A program made the position numbers and the translations under genes. Under the pieces are notes generated by a model. It was not told the origin of the DNA, ran no database searches, and saw only the letters and a list, made by a program, of their open reading frames with translations. A DNA stretch of 64,000 bases from Dimorphilus gyrociliatus (Eukaryota; Animalia; Annelida): assembly GCA_904063045.1 (NCBI GenBank), contig CAJFCJ010000024.1, positions 1 to 64,000 of the forward strand, given 5' to 3'. Positions 39,599 to 52,918 of the stretch are shown piece after piece (position 1 is the stretch's first letter; each line of letters begins with the position of its first letter).

Positions 39599-42068
39599 TC
39601 ACAAGATTTGACTATTGATTACAAATTCAGAGCGGAAACTCTGAATTGCCTGGGCAACTTGCTTGGGATCGTCTATAGCAAGCGAATGTCCGGCTTCGCC
39701 AATGATATCTACTCTCCTACAATCCGTTAATAAGTCACGTAACTGTAACGCCCCAGAAACGTGGAACAACTCATCCTCTTCTCCCCAAATTATGGAAACT
39801 GGTTGGCGTAAACTGTTGAAAACGTTTTGCATACGAATATCTTGCTCTTCTTTCACAACGCTCTCGAACAGTTCCCTAAGGAATGGCTTGTAACGCTTCT
39901 GATCCTGAAGTAAGGCATAGGCTACCGTATCAGATATTACCTTGTTATAGCTAGAAAAGAGTAAGAAACAGAGAGGATTTAATAAATTTTAGTTAGCTTA
40001 AGTAAAAAGCATCTTACAGAAAAATAAGTGTAACATGCTAAAAATTTTACAAGGACAAGTATCAATTTATACAAAATACACCATTAGCAATTGTCGTCAA
40101 TGACTACGAGTTCGACAAAAATACGATGACAAACAAAAAAACAAATAAATAGGAAGTTAAAAAAAGAAAGAAAAAGAAAAAGAAAAGAGAGAAAATATTA
40201 ATATTTTCCTTTCTATTAAACTTATTGCTCCACTTTAAACAAACTATTAATTATCGAGCCAGTCGTTGTATAATTTCTATAGGCTTAAGAAATAAAAGAA
40301 AGTATAAGGAGGGTAAAAAAGAAGAAAGAAAAAATAAAAACAAGGGGTAACTTTTGGGAATTTATTGCAAATTTATTATGAGTCTAAAGCATAATGCCAT
40401 AAATAATTTCTGTTCATGTGAAAAATCTCCTATGAAAATCACGATTAGCGAAACGTTTAAAGCATAAAATTAACTTAGCCTATAGTAATTTCCATTCTTA
40501 GACTATAGTTTAATAATATTACGTCACCTTTTGTATAAAGTTATTTTTACAATTTCCTTTATATCTTGCACGCTTTCTGCAATAAATAAACACCGTTTGT
40601 CATCAAAGACCTGCAAATAACAGGATATAATATACAATATAGAGTACATAAATATGTAGTATATAAATATATATATATAAGAACAGATTACACAGCAAGA
40701 GAAATCTGTCATATCAACAAATTAGTAATTTTAATAATTATTAATAGTATAGTTTAGATACCAGTTTATTCTATCTATAAATATTATAAACCTGCTTTTG
40801 AAAATTTGTTTCAATCGGAGTCCTCATTCCAGGGCAAATTAAGGTTATTAATTTAATTTTTTCTGAGTATTGATTGGCAAAGAGAGCAGTTAAAGTTCCA
40901 CCAAGACTCACTCCAATTAGATGAACTGGTTTATTATTATGAATACAGTTTAGGAAATCATCTATCCTCCTTGTCATATATAATAGGCCTAGAGAGAACA
41001 AAATAATCCTATTCTTATTTAATTAATATTTTTTGGAAGGTTTTTCATATTTTGTACGTAATAATAAGAAAGAAAAAAAAGAGGAAGAATTTCTATCATA
41101 ATAGAAGGCTGTTAAATTAAAGTTTCAAGTTACAATCGTATTTTGTCAACTCTTTATGGAGGAATATTATGACTATTCATCCCATTAGGAATATCATGTA
41201 TTAGAAAACATGATAGTCAACTTCTCTTTATACATATGGCTATCATTTTTGTCATTATCTTCATTGTTATCATTATAATCGTCATCATCAGAATTAGGCG
41301 TCGTAGCTATGATTCTAGTTTTAATTAAGATTGTGATCTCTAAAATATTTTCTCTTCTTTTCCTTTATGTCTTTTTTATAGCCTCAATCTCTTCCTCCCC
41401 CCTCCTCCCACCCCCTTCAATCACGTTTTTTTACCCTATTGTTATGACTTATTCTTAATTAATTTTTTGTTCGTTAGGCCTAACCTTCTTCCTTAACTTG
41501 CTGTAAGTCTGAGGGTATATCCGTCGAGCCATGCCCAGGTATGTCCAAAAGTATAATGTGTGTTTCGGATGGAAAATACTGAACAATTGGCAGCCACCAC
41601 TCTTTACTAGAAGAGAAGCCGTGCAAGAAAACAATAGTCGCTTCTCTTCCGACTATTCCACGTTCAGCGTAACAAAATTTCATTCCATTTGCATTGACGT
41701 ATCGAACATTCATTCCCGCTTTAAAAAGGGCGAAACGCACGAGTAGTTTTAAACCTAAATTTAGAATTAAACGATAATTCTGAGTTATTAATATAACCAA
41801 TTAATTTTAACTTCACAAAAAAATAGCTCAAGTACGCCATCTATCATATTTTAAGAAAATATTTATAACCATATACGTTATTATACTATATATACTGTAC
41901 TGTATACTGTAAATATATCTAATTCTTTAACAATCTCTTCACGCAAAAAACAATGATATTTTTACAAAATATTAAATAAGATTTACCGATAATAGGCCTA
42001 AAATATTTCAACCATACTGTCAAGGAAGATCCAAAAAGGATGACACTAATGACAATGATTTCAATCAT
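39599..42068 (-). CDS. ABHD6: Monoacylglycerol lipase ABHD6-like alpha/beta hydrolase, multi-exon
   Basis: N-terminal TM exon (MIEIIVISVILFGSSLTVWL), VRYV..KFCYAERG, FLHGFSS oxyanion motif, nucleophile GVSLGG, IIWGEED (Asp), AGHS (His). Confidence 0.88.
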
Positions 42069-42276
42069 ATCTATAAAAAAAAAGATAAACAAAAACTAAG
42101 CTTTTTTTTTTTAAATAAACAAAATATGATGATTTTTTTATATAATTGAATAAAATACATTAAAAATTAAGTGTTTTAGTCATAAAAATGTATTAATCGA
42201 AATATTTTTTTCTTCAAGGTTACTTTCTTTTTCAAGAAAAAACTTATATGCTTATATACATTTAGAAATTATACAC

Positions 42277-42317
<41 letters not shown>

Positions 42318-42425
42318 TCTGTATATAATCTATAGAAATATACATATATGTATACATTATATATATTGAATGTGAAGATATCTGTTGGACAAAAATTAGC
42401 AAACTTTTAGTCGCTTTAAAAAAAA

Positions 42426-44281
42426 CTAATCCCGGAATTGTCGATTTGCAGTCATTTCGTGCATTTTCTTCTTCTCTTCTAATCTTTTAGTTAATTCCTC
42501 AACTTTTCTATTTAAAGATCCAGTGCTTGTATCAATCCATTGCAGTGAGTCAGTGTGGGTATTTAAAATTTGGGTAATTTGAGATATCGTATCTGGTTTG
42601 TCACCGTCTACACGGGGGAGGCTCATTCTGTTAACATATTCAATTATTTCTTTTAAATCATCATGCATTCCTTTCATTCTGATTCCAACTTTTTCGGCCA
42701 TTTTGTAAGTAACTTCTCTCTCTTCATCGGCATGTTGACGATGCTCAACAGGCTGAAGACGCTCAATTTCTTCTTCCATTGGTTTAAGTAGGTCGTCCAG
42801 TTCTTTCTGAGACGTTAGCATTGTATCAAGCTCTTTTGACAATTCAGTTTGTTCATTCTTGACTAACTCAACATCAGAGTGCAATTTACTGACTTCGTCT
42901 CCACTTTCCATAAGCATACGATCCCAACCATTGATCTCTGTAGCTTGTTGTAAAAATGCCTTCTCCATTTCTTCCAAATCAACATTCCACTTATTTAAAG
43001 TATTTTCTAGTTGTTTGTAAGTCATGTTGACTGTACTTTCGGTTGTGGTCGTTTCATTTGCCCCAGAGGTTGCTGGTTTGCTTACAGGCAAAGAAATTGT
43101 TCCCAATCCAGTTGGCATAGAAACTCCAGTACCAGTTGTCACTGGTTTGACCGCACTAATTCCAGTTAATCCAGTTGTGCTTGTAGCATCTGATGTAGTT
43201 TTAGCTACAGTGGGTAATGAAATTCCACCTAAGCTTTTAGGTGTACCAGCCGCTGGATCTGCTGGCTTAGTTGCATCAGCAGTCGATGTTGATGGCTTTG
43301 TTCCAAGTAATGAAAATCCAGTTGCTCCTGCTGGTGCTGCTGAAATGTCACAATATTCTTCAATATGCTTAATTTGTCATAAAAATTCAAACCTGCTGGC
43401 TTTCCCAATCCTAAGTTTAGTCCAGTATTGGCAGTAGAGGCTTGAGTTTGGTTGAAATTGAAAGCTGGAGGAGGCGCGGAAGCAGTTGTAGCTTGAGGTG
43501 TAAATTTGATACTTGTCGCGGGTCCCGATGAAGCCAAAGTTGCACCAAAATTAAAACCTGAGGTTGCCCCTGCAGTCGCTCCCGCCGATGATGTTGCAAT
43601 TGCCGAAGATGCCGATGATATAGTGCTTGCGGAAGATACCAATGTCGTTGGAGCTGCTTTTTGACCAAAACCAAATCCAGCTGATGCTGTTGTAGGTGCT
43701 GCTAATTGACCTAAAGTTGGAAATCCTGACGATTGACTCAATGCTGAAGCTGCTGGCTGACCTGAACCTGAAGCTGCTACCTGACCAAAAGCAGGAGGAG
43801 CATTAGATACTGTTCCAGCAGGAGCAGTAGATACCGTTCCAGCAGGTGCTTGACCGAAAGAAAATCCTGTTGTTCCACCTAACTTGGGTGCACCAGCATT
43901 TGCAGCTCCGAAAGTGAATCCAGTCTGGGCTGATGATACATTAGCCGCAGAAGCACTAGCAGCGGAGGTACTAACAGATGGTTGACCGAAATTGAAACCT
44001 GTAGAGGATGATGTGGTGGCTGCGCCGAATGAGAAACCTTTGTTCGCTGGTGCAGCATTAGATGGCTGACCGAAATTGAAACCAGACGATGCTGATGTTG
44101 TTGCAGCCGCCTGACTGAAATTAAAAGATGGTGCAGGATTTGTATTAGTGGTAGTGGCTGGTTTTTGGTTACTGAAGCCAAAATTAAATCCACTAGACGG
44201 AGTACCTAAATGATTAAGTTACGATTAGATTTTTGGAATTAATTATCAAAATTAAAAGTTATTACCTGTGCCAAAGCTCAT
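42426..44281 (-). CDS. NUP62: Nucleoporin p62 (FG repeats plus Nsp1-like C-terminal coiled coil), 3 exons
   Basis: ATG 44281 (MSFGT), many GFNFG/GFSFG repeats, Thr/Ala linker, MTYKQLENTLNKWNVDLEEMEKAFLQQATEINGWDRML. Short introns near 44208-44265 and 43340-43392. Confidence 0.93.
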
Positions 44282-44620
44282 ATTAACGTTTCAAATACGG
44301 CACTCGGTAAAAGCGATAATAAAACACAAAATGGCTGATACCGGACACCACGTTCAGGATTAAACATACGAACAATTATTGTCCTCAACTCATTTTTGAT
44401 GAGCCTTTTCGTCTAAGTCAAATATCTAGTCTCATAAGTTTTGTTGAATATATGGATAGACACTTATCAAATAAGAGATCAGTCACGTAATCTTATATTC
44501 AAATATATAGACACTCACTGTTTTTGGATAAACCTTATAGTGTACTCTCATATGGGCGATAATATGATTCAAAATTAAAATCCTACTTTGCAGACGTTCA
44601 ATAAATACGAAAAAAATATA
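44282..44620. promoter_or_regulatory. Probable bidirectional promoter, NUP62 / C3orf18-like
   Basis: Only 339 bp separate the divergent ATGs. Confidence 0.5.
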
Positions 44621-45344
44621 ATGATAGAAAACAGTACTAGCACTACATCAGCATTTACTGAAAATATAACAGTAAATAATTCCACAACAATCAGGAATCC
44701 AACGCATATATCTGGCTTGTATATATTTGGAATTTTTGTTGCTGCTGTTGCTATTGTAGCTTTAATTGTACTTGTGGTGAGTAAATTCATCGTGACGCCC
44801 AAGTTATTACTAACTAAAAAATTTTATAATCCACAGGCTGTGTTGCTATTTAAGCGATTAAGATTAAGAAGACTTAGACATCATTTGATGCCTGTTTACA
44901 ATTTCGAAGCGGGTGAAGAAGCTGATTATTGGGAAGATCAATTATTGGACCATGATGCCACAACTACCGCATTTCACAATCAAACTTCCGTCGCTAACAG
45001 ACAGCTTCGTTTAAAGGTAAAATGGCTTTTATATTAAAAACTTGATTTTAACTAGTGTATAAAAAGAAGAAAATTAATAGACGTAAAGTAAAGAGACGTA
45101 AAGTAAAAGAAGAATAACCATACTATTAAACAAAGGAAACAATTTATTTAATCCCTTCTAGAAATTAATACGTTTAAAATCTATATCCTATACATTTTTA
45201 TCCTTTGAGTTTAATACCTTAATGAGTAGTATCGATCTAGTATAAAAGAATAATTAAAAATATATTTTTTCGCAGGTTCCGTCAAGTCCGAGCCAGAGCC
45301 CTAAATTAAAGTTCTTCCCTCAGCCAGATACTCCTGGTGAATGA
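44621..45344 (+). CDS. Small single-pass membrane protein, C3orf18/SMIM29-like, 3 exons
   Basis: N-glycosylation sequons (NST, NIT, NNS) precede one TM. The tail RLRRLRHHLMPVYNFEAGEEADYWEDQLLDH matches, from memory, the C3orf18 motif [20 protein letters not shown]. Introns 44777-44836 (in frame) and 45017-45275. Confidence 0.75.
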
Positions 45345-46748
45345 GAAAACTTGATTAGCTATATAGATATTTAATTGACAATGTTTTTGTGGCTCATACT
45401 TTATACACTCTTTCTCTCTCTCTCTATCTCTCTCTCTCTATATATATATATATATACATATATATATACATTTCTTGTTTCTAGTGTTATATTTTCTCCC
45501 TCACTCTGTTGTGTTCGGTATCCTGGAAATCTGATTTTTTTTTCTTTTGTATTGCAAACACAAAACTAAAAATTATTGAGAGGAAAAGCCGTCTTCTCAC
45601 ATATATAAAAAAGTATTCAATTGCTATCTAATACGTATATAATTATTACTATCTTGTACAGTACATTTGTATATATAATTATGTTGTCGATGTTTGCCGA
45701 AAGTACAGCTATAAATGAGCATTTATTAGGCCTAGACCTGTGATAGAAGGCATCTAGTCAATAATCTGCAATTTATGATACAATATCAAAAACCCGTTTT
45801 CGTGTCATACTGCATGTAAAAAGTTATTCCAAAATTTCAATGTTTCATGGATTGAATATAATTTTTACTACTTTAAACGTTTTTGTGTTTTTTTTTTCAT
45901 TTAGAAGTATAAAAAAGAGAGAATAATCAATAACATCTCCAATATATTTACTTTGAAATAAACATCAAACATAAAATTATATGTTAATTTTCTTTTATGA
46001 AATCTTCTTTTCTTTCTCCTTTCAATCTCCTATTTCTCTTATTTCTTTACTTCTCCTTAGTTTTGACAATTCTTTAAAATATTTTTAAGCAAGGAACGTT
46101 TGGAATAGTGAAATGTTTATTCGATTTATTCTATTGGTACAAAGATTTATTCTATTACAAGATTAGTTTACAATTTAAAATGTTTTACTGTGTTTTAGAA
46201 TATTATCAGAACAGTATGTATATTACTATTACAAAAGAATATATATAATTATACATTATTTGAAAAAACAAACGTTATAATTTGAGATCAGAGAGAGAGA
46301 GGGAGAGGGGAATGAGAAGACAGACACGAATGCATCATATTGCAAATTAGGTTTCTTTTGTTGTTAATTTTATGCGAAATATTCAAAAAGAGTTTAAAAT
46401 ATAGTTAATTATAAATATTGATTTTATTCAATCGTAATTTGTTCAATTAATCAACATTCAACAACTTTTCATATTGAATTATATAAAAACCGAAAATTCA
46501 ATTAGTAAATTTTTACAGTTATTAACAAGTATAGGGTAATTCTAGTATGAGGAAATTCGCCGCTCTCACTCAATCTCCGGTCTCTCTTCCGAAGGCAATG
46601 CGAAAAAAAATTTATATTATTTCTTCCTCCTCTGTTCTAAGTTTGGTCATATGGGATTGTTCATCGACGGAAGAAGATTTCGTTACGTAGATGTATCGAT
46701 TCTTTTTCCTAGTTTTTAGCTATTCGCCTTTAGCTGACATTTATCGTA

Positions 46749-46820
46749 TTTCAGCTTAATTTAGTTTTATAGACGCTGTACAAAGTATAGTGGCGTCTAT
46801 ACAACTGAATTAAGCTGAAA
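46749..46820. repeat. 72-bp near-perfect inverted repeat (28-bp arms, 16-nt loop)
   Basis: TTTCAGCTTAATTTAGTTTTATAGACGC (46749-46776) against GCGTCTATACAACTGAATTAAGCTGAAA (46793-46820): 26 of 28 positions are complementary. Confidence 0.9.
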
Positions 46821-47196
46821 AAAAAATTTTACATAGTGATTTCTTAGTAAATACAACGATTTATACTAGTCAATGATTCTGTCTAATTATCGACGCATCA
46901 ATATACATCAGGCTTAAAAGTATGATTATTCAGTTTTTTTTATACAATTACCCTACTTTCCTTCCTGCATATATAAATATACTCTATTCTCTATGTACTG
47001 AACGTTCTATATATCAACAGTATATATATATATATATATGTATATACCACAAACACTATACATTTAAATTGATTTATTTTCATACGAAGTATTCATTTAT
47101 GTCGTTTTTTTTGTTTTGAAATATAAACAAGTCTATTATACAGCGTTTATACATGAAGAGAAATATTAACAATGATTAGAAAAACGTAAACATTAA

Positions 47197-50100
47197 CTAA
47201 AAAAATATAGCAATGGTAAATAAAATCGTAAGTAAATAAGGGACCGGTTGGATCGAGACACCTTTATTTACGTTATAGAGTTTTTCTTTAGCTTGAGCTG
47301 GGCTCGACCACGGATCTCCACGGATATACGCTTGAGGACAATCATCAACTGCAAATGATATGGTTAATTGATTCTACTCTTAACACGTTAAATGTATAAT
47401 GAATCACTCACAGAGCCTCTCGTTTTCCTCCAATAATAAATGTAAGGAAGCACCTAATTTTGGATCAGATGTTGATGATTTCATCTGTGGTCTGCATCTT
47501 GCTCCTGTAGACCTAGATAGTTTGATAAATCTCCAATCGGTTCTTTCATAATTCTAAAATGATAAATGTGAACGAATATTAGATTATATTGATTTATTAA
47601 GTTTAATATTTACCCAACAACGAAAGAACGAGACAGGATCTTCTTCATCGTATGTGATTAGATAAGAGTTCCAATTCTCGTCCCAGTGACCAATGCAGGT
47701 TAATTCTCTATCAGGTTCATCTAATAAATAATAAAAAACGTTTAACGATCAATCAATAGGAATATTCTGTTTTAGTAAAAGCTACCGTATTCTCCTATGG
47801 GCATTCCGATATGATCGACAGTCTCGCAATACTCGGCGTCAATTGCTATTTTATTGGCGTTATCATCGCAGGACTTGAATTCTGTGACGTATTTATCACA
47901 GGGAATAGAGTGACGAGGCCGTTCTATACAGAAAAAAGATTGATTTAAAAAGGAAAACGACTTATTCATTCTATAGAAAAGTAATGTAATATCCTTTTTT
48001 AGATATCTTTAAATTATTATTTACCAGTTATTCCCCTATATCTCGTTCTGTATTTTTCATTTTCGTTACCAATTTGTTTAAATTGGTACCTTCCACGAAT
48101 TGGACATAGAATTGGAACAGGAGGATTTACTAGAAATAAAAGTAATAAGAAAAATCAATGGTTAGTGTTTGGATGAAGAAATTGACTTGATTTATATATT
48201 TACAAACAAATATATGGGATATATTTTTAGAAACTTACATAAAAATGTATTATACATCCAATTAACGTCGTTTCTGTTAAAGGTAAAACTGGACCATGTA
48301 CAACCTAACCTAAATATCTTCTCATTATGTCTAGGATCTGCTCTTTCCATTTCGGTTAATCGATAAGGTCGACCTATGAAAGGTTCGAATTTGTTTTAGG
48401 TAATAGGATTTAAAAAAAAAACAACAATATATTCATAGCATATACTCTGTATTCTAGCTAATACATACCCATTCTCCATCTGATAACGCTATGATGTCTT
48501 GGAAGAAATTCAAAGCAAATGTAATCAACTTCGCTGAAAGAAGAATTTAAAAAAAAAATTAAGTAATCTCTCCACATTATTTGTCAATTTATCATTCAAG
48601 AATGGAAAAGTATAAAGATTACCATTTTCCTACGGTGATGGCTTGCATCAAATATCGATTGCCGCTAGTCATTTGACATATAAAATAGCTTTCTTTATAT
48701 GAATATTGGTCCAGCTTGGTCTTAAAATATATATGTGTAGAGTTGATTTGCACATCAACATCTTGCTCAGATTGATAGAACCTGTTGCGTTATTTTCATC
48801 AATTACAATTAATGAAAAGAAAATTGAAAATTTTACCAATTGCCAGTAAAATTCCTTGGCAAATTGCAACCAGGCTCTATGGGTCTTCCCACTCCAGCAA
48901 CGGGTTCCAATATAAGTCTGATAGGACCCTCATAAGGACTCTGTAATTGAGAACAATCCGCCCACCACGACATACTATATCTTATTCTATTATTCATTTC
49001 CTCTTGGTCAAATCTCGTCATCTATTGGAATCAAGAGAAAAAATAAGAGGGTTTTTTACTGTTGAACGCATTAGTTCTTTATTGCTAATCATACCATACA
49101 ACGAAATCTTTCTCTCCAAGGTTCCTTGGCTAACTCGGCAACTGCAGACCAAACATTACCATTTTTATCTGCCCAACTTCCTAAGCATTGAAATTCCACC
49201 CCTTTAATAGAGAAATATGCGTTATTGAATAAAAAACTATATAAAAATAAAAATTAATTAGTTAATTAATAACTAAACTAACGCTCATTTCGAGATGTCG
49301 ACACATCGTTACATCTTCCAAAATTCATATAAAAGATTTCGTTATCCTTGTATCTAGAACCAGGCTCTTGGCAAGCTTTTATTAAACTGCTCCTGGAATT
49401 ACAGATTCCTCCACCACCAATATCCATTTCGTATGTGAAATGAAACGTTCCTTCAAACGTATTTTTGCAGTTAACAACTACAAGCGTCTTTCCTAATAAT
49501 TTATTGACAAAGATTATAATTTATAATTCATAAAAACCACGGTTTTACATACTAAAGAAAGTGTTTACAGCTGATGTATCACTTAAATCTTTACAGCCCT
49601 CCTCAATAGATGGTTGATTTGAATATTTAATACAGTTGGCTGTTGAATATTAAAAGTTCTTTGGTAAATTTCTTTATCTATTAAATAATTCATACTCACT
49701 GGTTCTATATTGGATAATGTTTGGTGTCTTGTAAAACATGTCAAAGCATTGATAACACTTTTCAGTTCTGAAACCGGAAGGCATCAATAATATTTTGTAT
49801 TTTTCTTTGAAAGCAAAACGTTATTAATCATTAATATAAAAATATTTACCTGTTATACATTAAAATTCTACTATCGTGATTGCCGTTTGCGTCTGTTTCA
49901 TTATTATTCAATATATCTACACAATGTCCCCAAAATTTAGTCTTCCATCTTACCACGTCCGTTCCATCGCTTTCATCTTTTTCTCTCATGTCAATCAACC
50001 TAACCGATTTTTTAATTATTTATTAGAACTTATTTACTAAATAGGTTAAACCCATCGCAAAAAATACTCTAATTAGTACTTTAAGCTGTTGATATTTATA

Positions 50101-50472
50101 TACTTTATTATTAATTTATTCGTACCTGTCATTAATTGTTGTTTCAATATCGTTTCGACGTTCCATTGAGAAGTAATCTCCTCTAAATTGAGATGGTATT
50201 TTACACATCGATCTTCCGATGCCATCGCGCTCATTTATTACTTCTTCTTCCTGCCCTGAATTTTAAACGATTTATTAGTAAAATATCTGGAAAATTTACA
50301 ATAATGAGTAATATTCATCGCACAGGTGTGATATATTCGAAAAACAAAAATATGACAAACTAAGTCTTCTTAATCAAGATAAAGACTATTCTTAATTAAT
50401 ATTAATAACTTATTTACCTTTAATTATTGGTAAAACTAGAAAAATAGCTAAAATATAGAATTTTATCCTCAT
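47197..50472 (-). CDS. Secreted, probably GPI-anchored Cys-rich protein with repeated C-x2-P-x2-F-x-G-x-W/Y domains, multi-exon
   Basis: Signal peptide exon MRIKFYILAIFLVLPIIKG. Repeats CKIPSQFRGDYFS and CNLPRNFTGNW, also FQCLGSW. Terminal hydrophobic tail NKGVSIQPVPYLLTILFTIAIFF-stop with no cytoplasmic tail. Confidence 0.75.
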
Positions 50473-50766
50473 TCTACCTGTTCAAGCTTTTATCTGTTAT
50501 CGAAAATTTTAAGATAAGAAGTGCTAATAAAGCTAGGCGCCATCTACTGTACATTTGATACTAGGGATTATACAATATCTTATTAAACTTATATATAGTA
50601 TACACTGTATGTAAGTTTTCTTTATATGTTTGTAATTCATCAATTCTGTTCCAAACACGTGTTTTTGATAATAAAAAAATAAAATACGTTAGTCTTTTTC
50701 TTTTATTCAAGAATTAATTCAAAAGGAAAAAAACAAGAACTATTTATCTTAGTATTTAATAATTGA

Positions 50767-52918
50767 TTAATTCCTTTCAATTAATTTAAGACTAAGATCA
50801 TACGACGGTATCAGGAGGACACGATATTTTTGAGATAGTTCCTCAGTCTCACTACGGTGGACAGGTTCTAAAATATAATTTTGTAAGAGCCGAACAACCA
50901 ACGTAAACATTTCTTGTTCAGAAAATCTTCTTCCAGCACACATTCTTGGTCCATGTGAGAAAGGGGTTAGTAAGTAAGGATGGACTGATTTACTTTCAGG
51001 ACTTCCCCTAAGCCACCTCTCCGGTTTATATTTATCAGCATCCTTAAAGTATTCTTCTTCTCTTAGTAAGAGATTTGTGTTCAAACTAACTTCGGTCTGT
51101 TTGTCAGAGAAAGAATTCGTTATAAGTTAATGAAGTTTTAAAAATATTTTTTATCAAATTAACAACCCCTTTAGGAATAGAGTAGCCACCTATGTCTAGA
51201 TCTCTTTGTAAAATACGATTTACATCTATCCCGACCGGAAAGAACCTTTGACAACAATCCGTAAAATATCATTATATTATTATAACTCTTCGTCTAATAC
51301 TACAAACCTAAATCCTTCTTTGATACAAGCCTTTAAATAAGACATATTGTTAATTTGTTGTATAGTTAGAGGCGATTTCTTGTTAGAATGGCGATTTATT
51401 TCTTCAAAAAGCTGCTCCTGTTTGTCCCTATTCGCAGCCAAGCAATATAATTGACCAACAGTAACGGGAACCGTCTAATAAATGATAAAGTCAATTAACC
51501 ATAGCTGTTGTATACTCGTTATTTTTTAAAAAATAGCTTTATGGAAATAAATCGATCATTAACGCATATATAAAGATGTTTGAGCAAGTTAGAAGATTAT
51601 ATTACCGTACTCAATCCGTCAGTGAATAGAGAAAACGCTATAACGCTTAGATCTCTATGATCTAAATTCTTTTGGTTAAACAGGTAACGAATAAAAGTGT
51701 AGTTAACTTGCGTAGGAGTAGATTTAACCTTTTCAACGGTTTCATTTATAAGCGAATAGACTGATCTGAATAAGAGAAAGATTAAGAAAGGTTTTCGAAA
51801 AGCTCCTCTTAATATGGTATGCTTAAATATATCATACTTATAGAAAAAGTCTTCGGCTTCTACTAATTTCTTCCAAGTTTGACTTAAATTTGGTACTAAT
51901 TTATAAAACGGTAATGAAAATTTAAGACTATTCGTTAATTCAAATAGAATTCGATTAGCCTCAATCATTTTTAATGCTATTTCATTATCATTTAAAGCAT
52001 TTACATCCTTTTCGAAGCAGGTCATAGCTGCAGCTGTAAGAATATTAAATTAGAAATTTTTAAGCAGAAGTAATTACTTATGATAATAAAAAGCTATACA
52101 ATCTAAATTCCATCTAGCAATTTCCATATTCAGATTATCTATGATTCCTTGTGAATCTCTTTCTTGATTTAGCCTGGTGATTAGTTTCAAGACAACTTCA
52201 TCTACCTTCGTTGGAGAAGGTTTTTCATTATTCGGATGAGCATTTATTTACTATCTCACCATTGGTAGATACTGGCTAACTGCAGTCGGCTTCATCATCA
52301 TTTGTTGAACCGCACTTCTAAGCTTATGCCATTCTTCTCCATTTCTAGAATAATTAAACTTCTATAATGATTAAGGTTTAAATACAACTTTTAAATGAAT
52401 TTGCATACGTGAAGCCTAAACCAGGAGAGAAACCACGTGATTTCCTATATATATCAACAGTTTCCATGAGAGGTGGTATTTTTGGTGTTTTTGTATCATT
52501 ATTGTATACTATTTTGACATATTCTGGATCGAATAAATGAACTCTCGTATGGCCACTAATTGTTTCTTTAAATATTTTCCCATATTTATGATATTTCTCT
52601 ATTAGTGCTTTATGGTATTCGTCGGATTTCCATTTGCCTGAAGGACAGTTATCATTAACAATAGCAGTAGTAGTAGTACTATAGAACTATAATTACTAGG
52701 AATATTTTAGAGGATTTACCTAATTTGTAATCTAGATAAGTTCCTAAATAAGGTACATTTCTCGGTCCAGGTATTTCTGTAAATGATTTTATATGTTCAG
52801 CACCACTGTATAAGAAGGCCTTTGAATTTCTTCCCTCTAAACTATGCCATAAAAATTGTCTTGTAAAGAGTCTTTTAATATCGCTCAAATGACTTAAACG
52901 TTGAAAATTCATATTCAT
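50767..52918 (-). CDS. Cytochrome P450, mitochondrial clan (CYP44/CYP49-like), multi-exon
   Basis: [12 protein letters not shown]-helix DGLSTT, K-helix CIKEGFR, KPERW, heme motif [11 protein letters not shown]. An extra upstream N-terminal exon cannot be excluded. Confidence 0.9.

Noticed and set aside
46793-46820. Hairpin arm resembling the let-7 star strand (CTATACAAC)
   Set aside because: Only 9 nt match, and the let-7 seed (GAGGTAG) is absent on both strands.
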